The notes beneath the pieces were generated by a model. The model saw only the letters and a list, made by a program, of their open reading frames with translations. It was not told the DNA's origin and did no database searches. This document shows, in pieces, positions 25,799 to 39,538 of a stretch of DNA of 64,000 nucleotides. Within the stretch, counting starts at the first letter, position 1; each line of letters begins with the position of its first letter. This DNA is from Octopus vulgaris (Eukaryota), in assembly GCA_951406725.2 (NCBI GenBank), contig OX597840.1:30814001-30878000 (forward strand), written 5' to 3'. Position numbers and translations under genes: made by a program.

Positions 25799-26625
25799 AT
25801 ATATCTAATTTATATATATATATATATATTATATTTTGTGAAATTTGATTTAGTATTTCTAAATTGAATTTTTCCCATTAAGTTTGGAATAATATTCCCT
25901 CATATTATTATTATTATATATATATATATATATGTGTGGTAAGTAGCTTGCTTACCAACCACATGGTTCCGGGTTCAGTCCCACTGCGTGGCATCTTGGG
26001 CAAGTGTCTTCTGCTATAGCCTCGGGACAACCAAAGCCTTGTGAGTGGATTTGGTAGACGGAAACTGAAAGAAGCCCGTCGTATATATGTATGTATATAT
26101 ATATGTGTGCGTGTATGTTTGTGTGTCTGTGTTTGTCCCCCTAGCATTGCTTGACAACCGATGCTGGTGTGTTTACATCCCCGTCACTTAGCGGTTCGGC
26201 AAAAGAGACCGATAGAGTAAGTACTGGGCTTACAAAGAATAAGTCCTGGGATCGATTTGCTCAACGAAAGGCGGTGCTCCAGCATGGCCGCAGTCAAATG
26301 ACTGAAGCTACTTACCACACAGCCACTCCTGTGGCCAAGCATTATCCTGATGGAAGAAAACCTTTCATCTTGAAACCAAAAGATGGTCGTTTTACTTCTA
26401 GCACTGACTTAAGCCGTTTAAGCTGCTTGCAGTAGATCTCCTTTGTTATCCTTTGTAATTGATTTAACCCCCTCCCCTGAAAATGCTAACCTTGTACCAA
26501 AATTTAAAACCATTATTTTCATTCATTCAACAGAACCATGTGGTTGAGAAACGAACTCGTCAATTATTCATGCTTTCATAACCAAGACACTAATGAGCTA
26601 AATCATTATTATTATTATTCATTAG

Positions 26626-26732
26626 GTATTCAAAACCTTGGATTTGAAGAGGATTCTTCTGGATCAATTACTTTTGGACCCCCTTCACCCGAAGACAGTC
26701 CAAGACTGACGGCAGAAGAAGTATATTCTAGA
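26626..26732 (+). CDS. Exon f (phase 1-0)
   Basis: cattag acceptor, AGA|gtaagt donor. IQNLGFEEDSSGSITFGPPSPEDSPRLTAEEVYSR. Confidence 0.85.
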
Positions 26733-27903
26733 GTAAGTAGAATTTCTATTTTTGCTGTATAAAGGTATTGAGATGGCACTACACTCTGAGAACGTATCGT
26801 GCCATAGCCTCAGAATTATCGTTCGTTTAACGTCTGCTTTCCATGCTAGCATGGGTTGGACGATTTGACTGAGGACTGGTGAACCAGATTGCTGCACCAG
26901 GCTCCAATCTTGATCTGGCAGAGCTTCTACAGCTGGATGCCCTTCGTAACGCCAACCACTCTGAGAGTGTAGTGGGTGCTTTTACATGCCACCGGCACGA
27001 GGGCCAGTCTGGCGGTTCTGGCAACGGCCACACTCAAATGGTGCTTTTCATGTGCCACCTGCACAGGAGCCAATCCAGCGGCACTGGCAACGACCTCGCT
27101 CAAATGTTTTTTCACGTGCCACCACCACAAGTTCTAAAAGTATTTTCTAAAAATTCCTGGTGCAGATCATCACTGTTTAATGTTGATGTTCCATGCTGGC
27201 ATGGATTGGACAGTTTTGACCAGATCCAGTGTGTCCAAGGACTGCATCAGGTTCCAATGTCTGCTGAGGCATGGAAGTACCTAGTGATACCAACTGTTTT
27301 ACAGTGTGGACTGAATGCTTATTTTCATGCCACCCATCTGTTGGGGTTGCCATGCAGTTTGCAGGACTATGAATCCTGACAGAGGATTTGGTAGTGTTTT
27401 GTGGGGTAGAAAAACAAAGGAGGTTCCTGTAGATGGGTCCCATGTTGAAGGGAAACATGAGAGAGAGAAAGAGAAAATGATTAGTGGGAACTACAAGAGA
27501 TAAATATAAGGGGGTGATGCAAACTTCTTGGCTTTAAGGGTATTGCGAAAGGCCTGGTTGGAGGCCCAGCCTTCTGAGTTCTTTTACAGGGCTTAAATTC
27601 ACATACTTATTGCAGTGGCCCTTTAGTTTTTCTGAGAGGGGAATATGTTGAATAAAATTCTAATGAATTGATCTTCCTGGATTTTGCTGAAGTGATTTCC
27701 AGTCACTTCAGTAAATGTAACCACACACCTACTGTTGGTGATTTCTTTTCCTTTTTGGGACTTTCCCCTTTTCCGACAAAGAGCCATTGCTTGAAACATC
27801 AAAAACTCTCTCTTTTTACTGAGCATCAAACTAATACGTTCCTTGTACACATCTTCTTCTTGTCTATTATTGTTAATTTTATTGTTCATTTATATCAATT
27901 GAC

Positions 27904-27940
<37 letters not shown>

Positions 27941-28555
27941 AAAAAATAGATATAAAAATACAAAATGGGACAAGAATGCAAAACATTTTCAGTAATTCCC
28001 TCATAATGGTAGTAAGGTGCCTAGTGATCCTTACATGGCAAGCTGAATAGAAGCAGATAGGTGTTTTACAAGATTGTGTAGGAAGGAGAATGAGGGGTAA
28101 TGAGGAAGACTGCCAAAATGAAGCTAGAACTATGAGCAGTGGAAGATAGGAAGATGCATAAAAGTGGGATGAGGGCAAGCAGCAAGAGTGGTAAAGATTA
28201 TGGTCACAAGGTGGATAGGAGCAAAAGAAAGTTATAAGGTAATTGGATGGTGTGAAAAAGCTAGGAGATAGAAGAAAGGGACAGGCATAATGCTTGAGTA
28301 GGGGGCAAGCGCTAACAAGTGGATAACCTAAAACATAGCATTTTGCTGAAGAGGGTCTTTTTGGAGGGTTTCATATTGACAGGGAACCCGGTCCTTTGTC
28401 ATATTATTTGTGAGGCACAGGGTTCTTAGGGCCACTTCTCAACCACATGGTTTCAGGTTCAGTTCCACTGTGCAGCACCTTGGGCAAGGGTCTTCTACTA
28501 TAAACCCCCAAGCCAACAAAAGCCTTGAAAAGGAACTTGGTAGCCAAAAGTTCTA

Positions 28556-28592
28556 CTGTGTGTGTGTGCCTCAAACTAGCTTGTGCCATGTG

Positions 28593-28625
<33 letters not shown>

Positions 28626-28699
28626 GTGCGCCTCAAACTAGCTTCTGCCATGTGTGTGTATGTGTGTGTGTGTGCCTCAAACTAGCTTCTGCCATGTGT

Positions 28700-28730
<31 letters not shown>

Positions 28731-29029
28731 CCTCAAACTAGCTTCTGCCATGTGTATGTATGTGTGTGTGTGTGTGTGCCTCAAACTAGCTTCTGCCATG
28801 TGTGTGTATGTGTGTGTGTGTGTGTGCCTCAAACTAGCTTGTGCCATGTGTGTGTATGCGTGTGTGTGTGTGTATATGTGTGTGTGCGCCTCAAACTAGC
28901 TTCTGCCATGTGTGTGTATGTGCCTCAAACTAGCTTCTGCCATGTGTGTGTATGTGTGTGTGTGTGTGTATGTGTGTGTATGTGTGTGTGTGTGTGCCTC
29001 AAACTAGCTTGTGCCATGTGTGTGTGTGT

Positions 29030-29060
<31 letters not shown>

Positions 29061-29148
29061 CACCTCAAAGTAGCTTCTGCCATGTGTGTGTGTGTGTGTC
29101 TCAAACTAGCTTGTACCATGTGTGTGTAAATGCTTGTGCCTCAAACTG
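28556..29148. repeat. Array of a constant 21-mer CCTCAAACTAGCTT(C/G)TGCCAT separated by variable (GT)n spacers, 11 copies plus 1 partial
   Basis: Copies at about 28569, 28631, 28675, 28731, 28779, 28827, 28889, 28923, 28997, 29063 and 29099; partial at 29139. Confidence 0.95.
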
Positions 29149-29178
29149 ACGATTTTTTTCCCTCTTTTCTTTGTTTAG

Positions 29179-29340
29179 GTGGACACGAAGAAGAAGAACC
29201 GAATGAGAAACGAAAGTGCAGCAGCGATAGCCCTCATGAAAAACAGTACCTTACCACACACTGCGCTTTATTCTAACGACACAGATTGTCTCATACATAA
29301 CGAATCAGAAGTTGTATACGATGAACGAACAGCACTTTAG
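29179..29340 (+). CDS. Terminal coding exon g; ends in class-I PDZ-binding-like motif -TAL*
   Basis: CTGAC branch site, polypyrimidine tract and tttag acceptor. VDTKKKNRMRNESAAAIALMKNSTLPHTALYSNDTDCLIHNESEVVYDERTAL*, in phase with exon f. Confidence 0.88.
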   Translation: MDTKKKNRMRNESAAAIALMKNSTLPHTALYSNDTDCLIHNESEVVYDERTAL

Positions 29341-29932
29341 TTGTCCTCAACTACAATTTCTAAAACTTAATCAGAACCAACAAAAAAAAAACAAACAATG
29401 AACAAGACAAAATACACACACAAAAAAACCCCAAAAAAACCCAAAGCATTCAGCCTGGATTATTATTATTATTATTATTATCATTGTTATAATTATTAAT
29501 ATCACAACTTTTGCCAAAAAAAAAAAAATATATATAATAATGCACCATCTTGACAAAATATATAAATTCTGCTAGATAGTGATCAGAAAATATTTCTTGA
29601 ATACTTTAAAAAAACAAATCGGAATTGATAGCAGATAGACATGTTAAATAGAACTGGTACATTATATTTAAAAGTTTTAAACCATTTCAGAAACGGAATG
29701 ATTTTGAAGAATACGAAATTTGGTTTCCTTAACCTACAGACTTATTATTTATGTATATATAGGCGCAGGAGTGGGTGTGTGGTAAGTAGCTTGCTAACCA
29801 ACCACATGGTTCCGGGTTCAGTCCCACTGCGTGGCATCTTGGGCAAGTGTCTTCTGCTATAGCCCCGGGCCGACCAATGCCTTGTGAGTGGATTTGGTAG
29901 ACGGAAATTGAAAGAAGCCTGTCGTATATATG

Positions 29933-29969
<37 letters not shown>

Positions 29970-31304
29970 TTGTGTGTCTGTGTTTGTCCCCCCAATATCG
30001 CTTGACAACCGATGCTGGTGTGTTTACGTCCCCGTCACTTAGCGGTTCGGCAAAAGAGGCCGATAGAATAAGTACTGGGCTTACAAAGAATAAGTGCCGG
30101 GGTCGATTTGCTCGACTAAAGGCGGTGCTCCAGCATGGCCGCAGTCAAATGACTGAAACAAGTAAAAAGAGAAAAGAAAAAGGAAGAGTATATACATATT
30201 TAAGGCAGCGAGCTGGTAGAATTTTTTTGCACGCCAGACAAAATATTTCGTGACATTTCGCCATTTGTACATTCTGAGTTCAAGTCCTGCCAAGGTCAAC
30301 TTTGCCTTTTCATCCTATTGGGGTTGGTAAATTAAATACCAGTTGAGCACTGGGGTCGATGTAATTGACTAGCACCCCGCAAAAAAATTTCAGGCCCTGT
30401 GCTTATAGTAAAAAAGGATTATGTATAAGATGACAAGATGGCAGAGTTGTTAGGATGCTGAACAAAAATACTTAGTGGCATTTCATCCATCATTGTGGTC
30501 TGGGTTCAAATTCTGTCAAGGTTGATTTTACCTGTCATCCGTTCGGGGCTCTATGAAACAAGAACTTCTTGAGCACTAACGTTGATGTAGTCAACTTATT
30601 CCCCCCACAAAATTGTAGGTCTTGTGCTTATTGTTGAAAGAATTATTATATACATATGTATTATGTTTTTGAAATGGTACAAAGAATCCTTTAAAGAATT
30701 CTGCAGCAGAAAGCCTGGAGCTTTAGAAAGGGAATCATATTTAAAACTTTAAAACCGTTTCAAAATATAATTTTGAAGAACAGAAATTGGTTTCATAAAC
30801 CTATGGAATTTTACTTTCTTTTTTAATAACACACCAATGAGTTTAGATAAACTATAGCAGGCAGATATTAAATTAAATTGTTACAGTACAAATAAAATTT
30901 ATATTTAATAATTTAATAATTTAAAAGCCAGTTCAAAAACAAAAAGGACCAATGTTGAAGAATATAGAATTATTCTATAAAACAACAAAACTCTTTACAC
31001 ACACAAACACACACACATATATATATATTTATTATGATAAACACAAATTAATATCATTTGTTTCCTACGTATGTTTCACCATTGTGGTTGTTTGGAATAT
31101 CTGCATTGATGTTCTAAGTGCAAATTGGATGCTTAACCCCAATAGATTATCATAACCAATACCGGAAGCAAATTGGATGATGATCATCATCTGTGTGGAG
31201 TTCTAAACTCAAAGAGAACAGTCATACATCTAACTGAACACACAAAATACACTATATATATGTATATGTATATATATATATGTATATATATGTATATATA
31301 TGTG

Positions 31305-31351
<47 letters not shown>

Positions 31352-31929
31352 GTATATATGTATGTATATATATATATATATGTATGTATATATATGTATA
31401 TATATATGTTAACAAGCAATTTCATTATGATCTACAGCAGATATTGAACTGGACTGTAACAACACAAACGGAATCATTTTAAACTTCAAAGCCAATTTAA
31501 AGCAGAATGATGAAGAAGAATAGAAAAAAAATAAATATACCAAAAATTTCCACAGAGCTAAATTCTTTGAAGTAAAAAAAAAAACAAAAAAAAAAGACGA
31601 AAAAAATAAAAGAAAACAGCAAAAATGTTAACGAGACCAAAGTTTTACCAAATTCTCTTGTTGCATTGCAGAAACTCAAAGAAATTGTTACAAGGATTAT
31701 GAACTTTATAAGCAATCCTATTGTATATATATATATATGTCATTCCAAATATCCTGTAACCAGAGGTACTGTCTCAGATGGCGTGTAATATGGTTATGAA
31801 CATTTCCTGTTTTGTAATTACTTGTTGAACTGCAGTACCTCCAGGATTGTTACTGTCTCACAGAATAGTCTAAACATTCCAGAAAAATTCTAAGCCAAAA
31901 AGCCAAACATTCCAGTAAATTTAAATGTG

Positions 31930-32021
<92 letters not shown>

Positions 32022-32529
32022 TATGTATGTATTATGTGTGTGTATGTATATATATATATATATATATATGCACACACACACTCACACACCCACAAATATA
32101 AACACACATGCTTCAGCATGGTCTCAGTGGTGGTAACTAAAATCAAGCTAAAGAACAAAAACAAATGTACTAACTTATTTTTACACACACACACACACAC
32201 AAACATCCAAGAACTAATGAGGGAGCCTCTATGTAGTCACTCGTCTTGCTAGAAGCAGCAGCCAAATCCCCCCCCCCCCCCCCAAATTCACAGCCCACAT
32301 TGTCTTTAAATATATGGTGATGTTTGGATACTAGTGTCCTAAATTAAACTACGATGTAAGTTGGAGTAGTCATGGGTGGAACACAGACATTCATTCCTTG
32401 CTCAATAATGGGAAACCTGGGGCTATCAAACAGTTGCAACCAAATCCCCTCTATTTATATCTATTCATGCCTCTCTCACTTTGTCTATATATATGTATGT
32501 ATATATGTATATATATATTTATATATATA

Positions 32530-32591
<62 letters not shown>

Positions 32592-33161
32592 TGAAGTGAT
32601 TTGCAGTCACTTCAGTAAATGTAACCACACACCTGCTGTTGGTGATTTCTTTTCCTTTTTTGGACTTTCCCCTTTTCCGACAAAGAGCTATTTCTTGAAA
32701 CATCAAGAACTCTCTCCTTTTACTGAGCATCAAACTAATACGTTCCTTGTACACATCTTCTTCTTGTCTATTATTGTTAATTGTACTGTTCATTTATTTC
32801 AATTGACTATACATATATATATATACACACACACACATATACACATACACACATATACATATATATACACACATATATAAACACATATATACACACACAT
32901 ATATTCACACGTATATATCCATACACATATATATACATGCATATATATATATATATATACACGTACATATATATATACATATATACATATTACATATATA
33001 CACATACATATATACACATACATATATATACACATATATACACACACATATATACATATATATATATATACACATATGTAGGTCCCGGGTTGATTCGGGG
33101 TTAACCACAGTCAATAAAGTACTCAATACATAGCAGAGTAAATTAATTTATTTTATAGAAA

Positions 33162-33214
33162 GAGCTTCTACAGGACTAGAACTGTTTCATTCAAAAGAAA
33201 TCATCAGGAAGCTC
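33162..33214 (-). ncRNA. Type-I hammerhead ribozyme motif
   Basis: Minus strand GAGCTTC-CTGATGA-TTTCTTTTGAAT-GAAA-CAG-TTCTAGTC-CTG-TA-GAAGCTC: 7-bp stem I, intact core, GUA cleavage triplet. Confidence 0.8.
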
Positions 33215-33307
33215 ACATATACACATATATATATACACACGCACACATATATATATACTTACATACACATATTTATGCATACATAAGCATATATATACAC
33301 ACATATT

Positions 33308-33359
<52 letters not shown>

Positions 33360-35249
33360 CAGCCTAGACTATGGGTTCAGTTCTTGAACTGAACACCACA
33401 TCGTGTTCTTGAACGAAACCCTTCATTCCATATTGCTCTGCGTTCCCTTTAACGACTGATATGTGACATGCCATTCATGTGTAGAGGCCATGTTGATCTG
33501 ATTGAGAGAGGAAGCTAATCGGGTTTCAGTGTCTTCTACAATAGCCTCAGGACAACCAATGCCTTGTAAGTAGATTTGGTAGATAGAAACTGCGTGGAAG
33601 CCCAGATAGAAACAGAAGACGGCGAGCTGGCAGAATCGTTAGCACGCCGGGCGAAATGCTTAGCAGTATTTCATCTGTCTTTATGTTCTGAGTTCAAATT
33701 CCGCTGAGGTCGACTTTGCCTTTCATTCTTTCAGGGTTGATAAATTAAGTACCAGTTACACACTGGGGTCGATGTAATCGACTTAATAGCTTTGTCTGTC
33801 CTTGTTTGTTCCCTCTATGTTTAACCCCTTGTGAGCAATAAGGAAATAAGAAACAGAAGGAAGCCCATCATATATATATATATGTATGTATATATCTATG
33901 TGTGTGTGTCTGTATTTGTCCCTCTCACCTCTCCATCACTGCTTGGCAACCTGTGTTGGTGTGTTTATGTCCCTGTAACTTAGCGGTTTGGCAAAAGAGA
34001 CCAACAAATTAAGTACTAGGCTTTAAAAATAAGTCCTGGGTTCGATTTGTTCAACTAGAATCCTCCAAGGCTGTGCTCAAGCATAGCTACAGTCAAATCA
34101 CTGAAATAAATAATAGAATGTGTGTGTTCCCCAAAAAAATTGTTCCCCCCAAAAATTGTTAATTTAAACCCTATTTGCAGAAAGCCCAAATAAATGCTAT
34201 CTTCCTGCTGCCAAATCTGGTAAAAATATTAAAAAAGTCTGTGCTTCCATAAGACTATCCCTCTTTCCGCCCTGCTCCTGCCCTATAACATGTTAAATTT
34301 TTTTCACGAGGACCCACTGTAGAGCAGGCCTCTATGTGGACTCTCAACCAGCTAGAAATAAAAGCCAAATCTCCCCCTTAAATCAAAAACCAACCCCTGC
34401 AGTTTTAGACACAAGCAAGAAAAAACAGGAAAAATTTAGAGCATATTTGATAATATAGTGTTCGATAAGGTTAATCCCTGAATAAGAAGAATTAGATGGG
34501 ATAGCCATGGCCGGAATGGAAAATATTTGATTACATGTCTGTTTGAAAGGGGCTTGAGTTGACCCCGGAAGCTAAACAGCAACAAGTGCACCTTCATATT
34601 ATTTTATTTATTTTCCCTTTTATAGAAATATCTGTATTATCCACCCATGAACTCCGCAAAGAAGAAGCCTTATGTGGTCACATGGCCTGCTAAAAACAGC
34701 AGCCAAATTTCCCCTTAGATGACAAACCACCACTGACTTACAGAAATAAAGGAACTCACTGGGTCATGCTAGTCCATGATGTCTACAAAAACATACAAAT
34801 AATCCAATATAAGATACGAATAAATATATAAAAACCTAATCCGGATTTTTACGGCTGGATCGCCTTTTATTACAAGTTTTGCATAATAAAAGGAAATAAT
34901 CTTGTTATTAAACAATAACTGTACGCAATTTCTCTTTTTACACATACCTCGTCTGTTAATTCCTCATTCACTCACCTGCGATGGTCTTTTTTTCATTAAG
35001 AAATGTATTGTAAATGTCATCCAAAGAGAAATAAATAATTTTTACTTTTATTTTATTTTTTTAATTTTTTTTTTATATATATAGGGGTTGGGGGTGAATC
35101 TGTTGCTGGGGGTTAATTTAAATTTGCTAATTGAAGTTTGTGATTGAGTTTGGGGGATTTTCTTTTTCTTTTCAACTTTTCTGTTTTTCTTTTTTCGTTT
35201 TTTGTTCTTTGTCTGGACTACAAAAATGTCACAAGTTACATATGTCTCT

Positions 35250-35287
<38 letters not shown>

Positions 35288-35312
35288 CATATATATATAC
35301 ACACACATATGT

Positions 35313-35351
<39 letters not shown>

Positions 35352-35388
35352 CACACATATATATACATATATATATACACACACATAT

Positions 35389-35429
<41 letters not shown>

Positions 35430-35486
35430 TATACATATATACATATATACATACATATATATATATACATATATATATACTATACA

Positions 35487-35558
<72 letters not shown>

Positions 35559-35681
35559 TATATATATACACATATATAAAACATGTATTTTTTGCTTATT
35601 TTTAAATAGCAGAAGTTAAAGTTTCTCAAGGGACAAAAGTTTGATGGCCCTTGTCGAAACTTATATAGCAATTATGGTATG

Positions 35682-35729
<48 letters not shown>

Positions 35730-36084
35730 TATGTACTTATATATTGTTTTCACTGATTAAAAATTTCTTTTCCTTTTTTTCTTTTTATTTTCTTCGTCAG
35801 AATCTTTAATTCTCTTTGCTCAACAACAAAACTAAAATTGATTTTTTTTTTTTTGAGAGAGAGAAACACCTTACACTTCACCGCTTCACCCTCATTAATC
35901 AAATACCACTACTACTACTACCACCACTACTTTTACCACAGCCACCACTACTAATACTACTCCTCTATTCCATTAATCAACTTCTTCATTGTTGACACAT
36001 TCATCATTAACTTACTTTCATTGACTTTTTATCAAATGACTGATGAAGGGGGGGGTACGTTTTTAAATGTGTTTGTGTAAAAAA

Positions 36085-36309
36085 AATAAATGAAACAATA
36101 AAATCTGTCAATGCATACTTATATGTATACTACTACTACTATTACTACTACTGTTACTAATACTACTACTATTAATAATAACGTTTCATGTAGAAATTTC
36201 ACTATGTTTTTGTTTCTGTAATTCAAGTATGTGTGTGTTTATGTATGTGCATATATACATGTATATATAATTTGTATCTGAATATGTATGCATATATACA
36301 TGGGGTATG

Positions 36310-36341
<32 letters not shown>

Positions 36342-36417
36342 GAATATGCATGTGTGTGTGTGTGTGCATGTATGTGCATAGATACATGTATATATAATTT
36401 ATATCTGAATATGTATG

Positions 36418-36448
<31 letters not shown>

Positions 36449-36644
36449 TTATCCATATCAACAGATATATGTGTATAGATCATATTTGTGTATGTATAGA
36501 TATGTGTGTGGGGTGCATGTGTGTGTGTGCACATTTGTACATATGTGTGTGTGTGTGTGTGTGTTGGTGTCCTTTGTCTAAGATTGAAGCATAAATATCT
36601 GTGTGTGTGTGTATTCTTGTACATATTTTCCATTATGTAATAAA
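36085..36644 (+). promoter_or_regulatory. Candidate polyadenylation signals of the FN3 receptor gene
   Basis: AATAAA at 36085, 36097 and 36639, after U-rich UTR-like sequence. AATAAA is common in this AT-rich DNA, so support is weak. Confidence 0.25.
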
Positions 36645-38142
36645 AATTTCCAGATAAATACCTAAAACAAATGTTTATTTTTCAATGATCAATATGTAAC
36701 ATTCATATTCCTTTCATCCTCTTGGGGTCAATAAATAAAATAGCAGTCAAGTACTGAATCAATTCTTCACTCTCATTGATTCCATCAGAAATGTGTTTTC
36801 AGTTTTTACCACCTTAGTACTAGGAAGGGCGTCCAACCATTGAAACCATGCCAAACTAAGTATAGAAGCTTGGCACAGCCTTCTGGTTTACCAATTCCAG
36901 CCAAACCATCTGACCGATGCCAGTATGGGAAATAGTGAAGGCACGTGGCTTAGTGGTTAGGATGTCGGACTAATGATCTCAAGATTGTGGTTTCAATTCC
37001 AGGACCCGGCGACACATTTGTGTTCTTGAGCAAAACACTTCATTTCATATTGGTGCAGTCCACTCAGCCGGCAAAAAGGAGCCATCTTGCAACTGACCGG
37101 TGGCCTGTCCAGTTGGGGACTATATATGCCACAGAAACCAACAAACTGGCCCTTATGAATTGGTATAACTCAAGAAGGTAACTTTACAAACTTTTCTGCT
37201 GGTAGGGAAAATAGATGTTAAACAATGATAAAGCTGGAGACGATGGTCTGAAGGAAGGGACACGGCCCTTGGCCTTTGCAGGGCCTTCACCCCAGAACAG
37301 TAAGATCGATGCCATTTATGTTTTCTCGTGTGCATTTGTAATTCAAAACATGCAAAGAAACTACACGTGCAGGCGTGGCTCTGTGGTAAGAAGCTTGTTC
37401 TGGGTTCAGTCCCACTGTGTGGCACCTTGGGTAAAATGTCTTCTACTATAGCCTCAGGCCAACCAAAACCTTGTGAGTGGATTTGGTAGATGGAAACTGA
37501 GAGAAGCCTGTCATATATATATGTGTGAGTGTGTGTTTTTGAATGCCTGAGTTTGTCTCCCCACAACCGATGTTGGTGTGTTTATGTTCCTATAACTTAG
37601 CAGTTCAGCAAAAGAGATGGATAGGATTCATATTAGGCGTACAAAGAATAAGTCCTTTGATCAATTCATTTGACTAAAGGTGGTGCTCCAGCATGGCTGC
37701 AGTCAAATGACTGAAACAAGTGAAAGAGAGAGGCATTTTCAGTTTGATAAAATCCTGGGAAGGACGGACTGCACATAGTGATTAGTGCTGGGCCTTGGGG
37801 GTGGTGTTACACAGAATGACAGATGATTTTTTATTACCCACAAGGGGCTATACAAAAAAATGAGACAATACAAAACGTGACAAACATAAAATCAGGGAAC
37901 TTAAAAATACAAAAAGAAGATGAATAAAGAAGAAAAAAATAAAAGAAACAAATGAAAATATGAAAGGATATAAATGAGGCGTAGGAGTGGCTGTGTGGTA
38001 AGTAGCTTGCTTACCAACCACATGGTTCCGGGTTCGGTCCCACCGCGTGGCACCTTGGGCAAGTGTCTCCTACTATGGCCATGGGCTGACCGAAACAATG
38101 TGAGTGAATTTGGTAGAGGGAAACTGAAAGAAGCCTATCATA

Positions 38143-38173
<31 letters not shown>

Positions 38174-39376
38174 CATCATCATCATCATCATCGTTTAACG
38201 TCCGTTTTCTGCGCTAGCACGGGTTGGACGGTTCGACCGGGGTCTGGGAAGCCAGGGGCTGCACCAGGCTCCAGTCTGATCTGGCAGTGTTTCTACAGCT
38301 GGATGCCCTTCCTAACGCCAACCACTCCACGAGTGTAATGGGGGGCTTTTTACGTGCCACCTGTACAGGTGCCAGGGGAGTCCGGCATCGGCCACGATTG
38401 GTTCGTGCTTTTAACGTGCCACCGGCACGGAAGCCAGCGAAGGCTGTGCTGGCATCGGCCACGTTCGGGTGGTGCTTTTTATGTGCCACCGGCACAGAAG
38501 CCAGTCGAGGCAGCGCTGGTTCGGATGGTGCTTTTTATGTGCCACCAGCACAGGTATCAGAACTACTATTTCCATTGATATTTATTTCGATGTTCATGTA
38601 CTTGACTCAACAGGTCCCCTCAAGCACAGCGGGATGTTTTGGAATCCAAGGTACTTTGAATGGGCAGGGACTATGCGGAACTGGTTCAGGAAGCAGCCCG
38701 GGTCTTTGCAGTCACAGCATATCTCCAGAGATCTCAGTCCTTCGCCATTGCCTCAGTGAGGCTATGTGTTTGTGTGTCTGTGTTTGTCCCCCTAGCATTG
38801 CTTGACATCCCTGTAACTTAGCGGTTCGGCAAAAAGAGACCGATATAATAAGTACTGGGCTTACAAAACGTGACAAACATAAAATCGAGGAACTTAAAAA
38901 TACAAAGAAATAAGTCCTGGGGTCGATTTGCTCGACTAAAGGCGGTGCTCCAGCATGGCCGCAGTCAAATGACTGAAACAAGTAAAAGAGTAAAAGAGAG
39001 AGTAAAGAGAGGCACAATGCCCACTTGACCCCTGAAGTCGAGTGGTTGCATTTTGACAGTTTTTCTCTTTTTCATAAATGAATAACTATTTTAATAGTCT
39101 TTTTTTAAATCTTTTTTTTTCCACAAAATTACAATCGAATTTTTCTTTTCAGTCTCTCGTATTCCATTATAGTAGGTGGAATCTCATGCAGCCGACACCA
39201 TTTCACCAGTTTTACATTTTTTGCAAATCCCTCCATGAATTCTTCATATAGGCGTAGGAGTGGCTGTGTGGTAAGTAGCTTGTTTACGTACCACATGGTT
39301 CCAGGTTCAGTCCCACTGCATGGCACCTTGGGCAAGTGTCTTCTAGTATAGCCTCGGGCCGACCAAAGCATATAAG

Positions 39377-39409
<33 letters not shown>

Positions 39410-39419
39410 TTTATAGAAG

Positions 39420-39469
39420 GAGCTTCTACAGGACTAGAACTGTTTCATTCAAATGAAATCTTCAGGAAG
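39420..39469 (-). ncRNA. Type-I hammerhead motif, second copy of the 33162 family
   Basis: CTTC-CTGAAGA-TTTCATTTGAAT-GAAA-CAG-TTCTAGTC-CTG-TA-GAAG on the minus strand. Confidence 0.7.
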
Positions 39470-39538
39470 TAAATTAATTTACTCTGCTATGTATTGAGTA
39501 CCTTATTTACTGTGGTTAACCCCAACTCAACCCAGACC

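Noticed and set aside
28556-29148. CRISPR array
   Set aside because: Spacers are only (GT)n, the context is a eukaryotic intron, and there are no cas genes.
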